Below, one piece after another: positions 60,901 to 64,000 of a DNA stretch of 64,000 nt. Each line of letters starts with the position of its first letter. The stretch's first letter is position 1. The notes under the pieces were generated by a model. The model worked only from the letters and a program-made list of their open reading frames with translations. It was not told the DNA's origin and searched no databases. Position numbers and translations under genes: made by a program. Origin of the DNA: Amoebophrya sp. A120 (taxonomy: Eukaryota > Protista > Dinoflagellata). The stretch spans positions 3,678,587 through 3,742,586 of the forward strand of contig CAJINV010000010.1 in NCBI GenBank assembly GCA_905178155.1, read 5' to 3'.

Positions 60901-63900
60901 GGCAGAGCCGTATTTTACTCACAATCGCGGAAATTTAATCGGGCTGCAATTTTTTTGGGTTTCGCGCGGCGTATTTTTTTTTCTATGCGCTTTTGCTTGC
61001 CCAGTGAAAGCCACAAAAAAAATTTGGCGCCGCCGCGCAAACCAACAGGCACGACAAAAACGCGCATCGCTCAGGGCCCTGCTCCGGGCAGCCGAGGGGG
61101 CAGACCCAGGCGTCGAAGCCTGGTAGCCATTTCCGGGGCCGGTGGCCGCGCACCCATTTGGCCGCGCGTGCGGGCTAGTATGTAATGGGGCCGGGTGAGA
61201 GAGGTGCTGTCGCAGAGTTTGGTGCGTCCTGTGTCTCCAGCAGCCCACAACTAACACCATACCGCGACGCCTTGGCACCTGCGAGAAACGAGCGCGCACT
61301 GCCTTGGCCCCTTCATGAAGGAAAAGACGTCTGGGCGGCCTTGGGGGCGGCAGTTTGGCACAACAGAACGCTTCTCAATAGCCGGGGGCGGAAAGTGTGT
61401 TGCCATATTGTCGCCATCACTTTTCATGGGAGCCCGCTTTTCGTTGCCGAAAAAAAATACTCACTTAATCAAATTTACTTTTCTTGGGAATCTGGACCTC
61501 TTGACAGTGCACCTGCACCAACCCTACCCCATCGCGGCGGGACATCAACACGAGCCGGTGTTCATTTCTGAGGAGAATCAGCTGAACGCCACGACTGGGC
61601 AGCAGGTGCAGGAGTCAAGAAATAAGCTTTCGCCGCCACCAGCACTGGACGCGGATGTTGACCACGACACACCTTCCCGCGGCGCTGCGACTGGCGAGGT
61701 TGTTGAAAATACGGTATTATATATCACAAGAAAAATAATTAAGTGTTAACGTTACCGGTTTTATTCACAGATTGCAGTCATGCATCACAAGTGTAGCCCA
61801 ACATACATGCTATGCATTACACATTTTTTCATGTTTTGTGATGCATTGGTGCATCACAAATTCCGTTAACGTTAACACTTTTTGCTGTGATATTGTATCC
61901 CCGGGAATTGCAGATCCCGATTCCGCAGGACGTAGCGGTGATACAGCGGGAGTTATTTTTGCAAGAACAGTACCAAGAAGTATCAAATGCAAAAATGTCT
62001 GGGTATGGAAGACGAAGATTCCGAAATTTGTCATGCTAGTCCGGCATGGCTCTGAACTCTGTAAGTATTGCGTGGCCCCCGCGACGAGCTCCTAACTCTC
62101 TGTCATGCAAAAACGCAGTTTCTCATGCGGAATACGCAACTCAGAACCATGAAAGAGACTTGTCATGCTTGTTAGCAGCGCATTACATTGAGCTCACTAT
62201 TCCCTTCTTTGCATCACAAGTTTCCAGAACCAGACATTTTTGCATTTGATACCAAGAGGACGGAAGCAATTTCGAGCAAGGTGCTGCTGGTCGTTATCCT
62301 GAGTAAAAACGTACCCACACCAGAGTCAAGATGGGGAATCGGCTAGACAAATCCACAAGTTTTGTCTGTTTTGCATGACAAATTTGGATTCGTAGTATAG
62401 TGCTGTTTGAGCTAGCTCAGCAGCATCACAGATCTAGCATACCATGCTGATTGGAGCATGACAAGTTGCAAAACACGACTAGAAAATGCTTCTCATGGAG
62501 CTCAGCATGAGAAACATTTTCAGCATGCAGATTTGCATTACAACTCTGGCGTGGGTACGTTTTTACTCAGGATAGTCGTGTACCAGTGCACCTGCACCAA
62601 CCCTACCCCATCGCGGCGGGACATCAACACGAGCCGGTGTTCGTTTCCGAAGAGGATCAGCATTCGCCGCCACCGGCACTTCAAGCGGATGTTGACAACA
62701 CACCTTCCCACGCCGCTACAGCTGGCGAGGTTGAAAATAGTGCGGTATTATATAATCCCCGGGAATTACAGATCCCGATTCCGCAGGACGTGGCGGTTAA
62801 TATACAGCGGGAGTTATTTTTGGACGAACAGGGAACAAGCGATCGCACGAACAGCTCGAGCAGCGGGAATCCAGCAGGCTTGGCGTCGTCGTGTCCATCG
62901 ATGACGAATAACACAAGAACTTCATCCTCCACTTCCTCCTCTTCTGCCACTGTTTCAACAGACGGGAAAACAAGAATAAATGGTCTGTCTGTGTCTGGAA
63001 ATCCGACAAGTGCAGCAGCAGCTGAGCGTGGAGATGATCCTATCAACTCCCTCCAGTTGCAAGCGCAGCGGGAGACTACTACACGGGTGCGCGAAGGAGG
63101 TTATGATCTTCAAGACGGAAGGGAAATCGGAGTGGAGGATGCAGCTGACAAGGACGACTTGTCGCTCACAAGCACGCCAATACAGCCACGGGAGCTGGTC
63201 ATCCCGGATCCAACGAAATCGCTGCCAGCCGCTAGCAGTTTGATAGCAGCGAGGGCTGGGGCAATCATGAAAACTGACAACAAAAAGCAGGAGATCATGC
63301 CAAGAAGCACTTCTCGGGGCACAAAAACTTCTACTGCGCCCGACCCAACAACAAACCGCGGCGAGAATTGTAGTTCTGAGAAAAATGCTCATGCTGTGAG
63401 TTCATCTGGTGCAGCAGCTTCACATCACGTGCCACTGCAGCTTCCGCCAGATTTGCTGTCGGTCTCAGATAAACACACAGGAGAACGTATCGTGAGTAAA
63501 AACGTCCCCACACCAGAGTTGCAATGCAAATCTGCATGCTGAAAATGTTTCTCATGCGGAGACCCATGAGAAGCAGTCTCTAGTCGTGTTGTGGGATTTG
63601 TGATGCTAGAATCAGCATGGTATGCTAGATCTGTGATGCTGCTGAACAAGCTAAACAGGATTACACTGCGAGGCCAAACTTGTCATGCGCAGCAGCAAAA
63701 GCTGGCAGATTTGTCTAGCAGATTTCCCAGCTTGACTCTGGTGTGGGGACGTTTTTCCTCAGGGTAGAACGAGCTGAGGGAATAACAACCGAAGCATCCT
63801 CCAGTAGTTCCACCTGCTCTGCTAGCACTACTGATGATCATCTTCACGGCGAGAATGTTCAGCGGGAGAACTCGATGAGCACCAGGACGCATCTGGTACT

Positions 63901-63906
63901 TAAATA
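57921..63906 (+). CDS. Uncharacterised protein with an internal ~110-aa duplication; 3' end uncertain
   Basis: The frame from ATG 57921 stays open after removing 7 introners and the GC-rich insert 59197-61509. The segment SNFEQ.GAAGRVPVHLHQPYPIAAGHQHEPVF...ELQIPIPQDVAV is duplicated. The gene ends at a TAG near 63906 or continues through a GT donor near 63895. Confidence 0.6.
57997..58152. mobile_element. Introner family C
   Basis: Family C TIRs; TSD TGAGA. Confidence 0.9.
58216..58523. mobile_element. Introner family G
   Basis: TIR TATGGGAGTGTCAGG/CCTGACGCTTCCATA; TSD CCGCT. Confidence 0.9.
58567..58832. mobile_element. Introner family A
   Basis: Perfect ~30-bp TIR; TSD TTCCG. Confidence 0.92.
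61722..61892. mobile_element. Introner family H
   Basis: TIR TATCACAAG...AAGTGTTAACGTTA; TSD TTATA/TTGTA. Confidence 0.87.
61981..62251. mobile_element. Introner family A
   Basis: Family A TIRs; flanks CCAAGAAG/CCAAGAGG (TSD length ambiguous, 5 or 8 bp). Confidence 0.87.
62295..62574. mobile_element. Introner family D
   Basis: Perfect TIR TATCCTGAGTAAAAACGTACCCAC; TSD GTCGT; empty paralogous site at 59141. Confidence 0.93.
63488..63766. mobile_element. Introner family D
   Basis: Family D TIRs, right end GGTA; TSD GAACG. Confidence 0.9.
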
Positions 63907-64000
63907 GAGAAAAAGTTTTTGATGTTGTATGCATCGATAAAGATGCTTCTCCGAGCCTGTGCTGCATGGCAGAGCCTCCTCCTGATGAAACGAAGTAAGT

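Noticed and set aside
99-63766. Assignment of the elements to a named superfamily such as Tc1/mariner or Transib
   Set aside because: The TA/TAT belongs to the TIR and the real TSD is a variable 5-mer, the ends are not Transib-type CAC, and no transposase is present to classify them.

Overview
This is eukaryotic nuclear DNA with nine genes, all on the + strand. They are: an ER lectin with a split MRH/OS-9-like domain and a PA domain (5'-truncated), a kinesin, RRP40, a GLG1-like Cys-rich Golgi membrane protein, an intronless PPR protein, MAK16, a CTL/SLC44 choline transporter-like protein, ATG4, and an unknown repeat protein. By my manual count, 67 intact MITE-like elements (about 130-340 bp, one expanded to 770 bp) are present: 66 in coding exons and one in a 3' UTR. 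They carry terminal inverted repeats (TAT...ATA) and 5-bp target-site duplications, and fall into about 10 families. Removing each exonic element plus one TSD copy restores the reading frame without matching GT-AG ends, so they behave as non-canonical introner introns. This architecture matches what is reported for the parasitic dinoflagellate Amoebophrya; the organism call is an inference. The most notable observations are: (1) the same families occur in both orientations; (2) a TGT(C/G/A)ATGC motif is shared by unrelated families and also occurs in ordinary GT-AG introns; (3) filled and empty insertion sites sit side by side in one internally duplicated gene; (4) several 0.4-1.3 kb inserts are flanked by 35-70 bp direct repeats. 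Coordinates were read by eye and may be off by a few bases.
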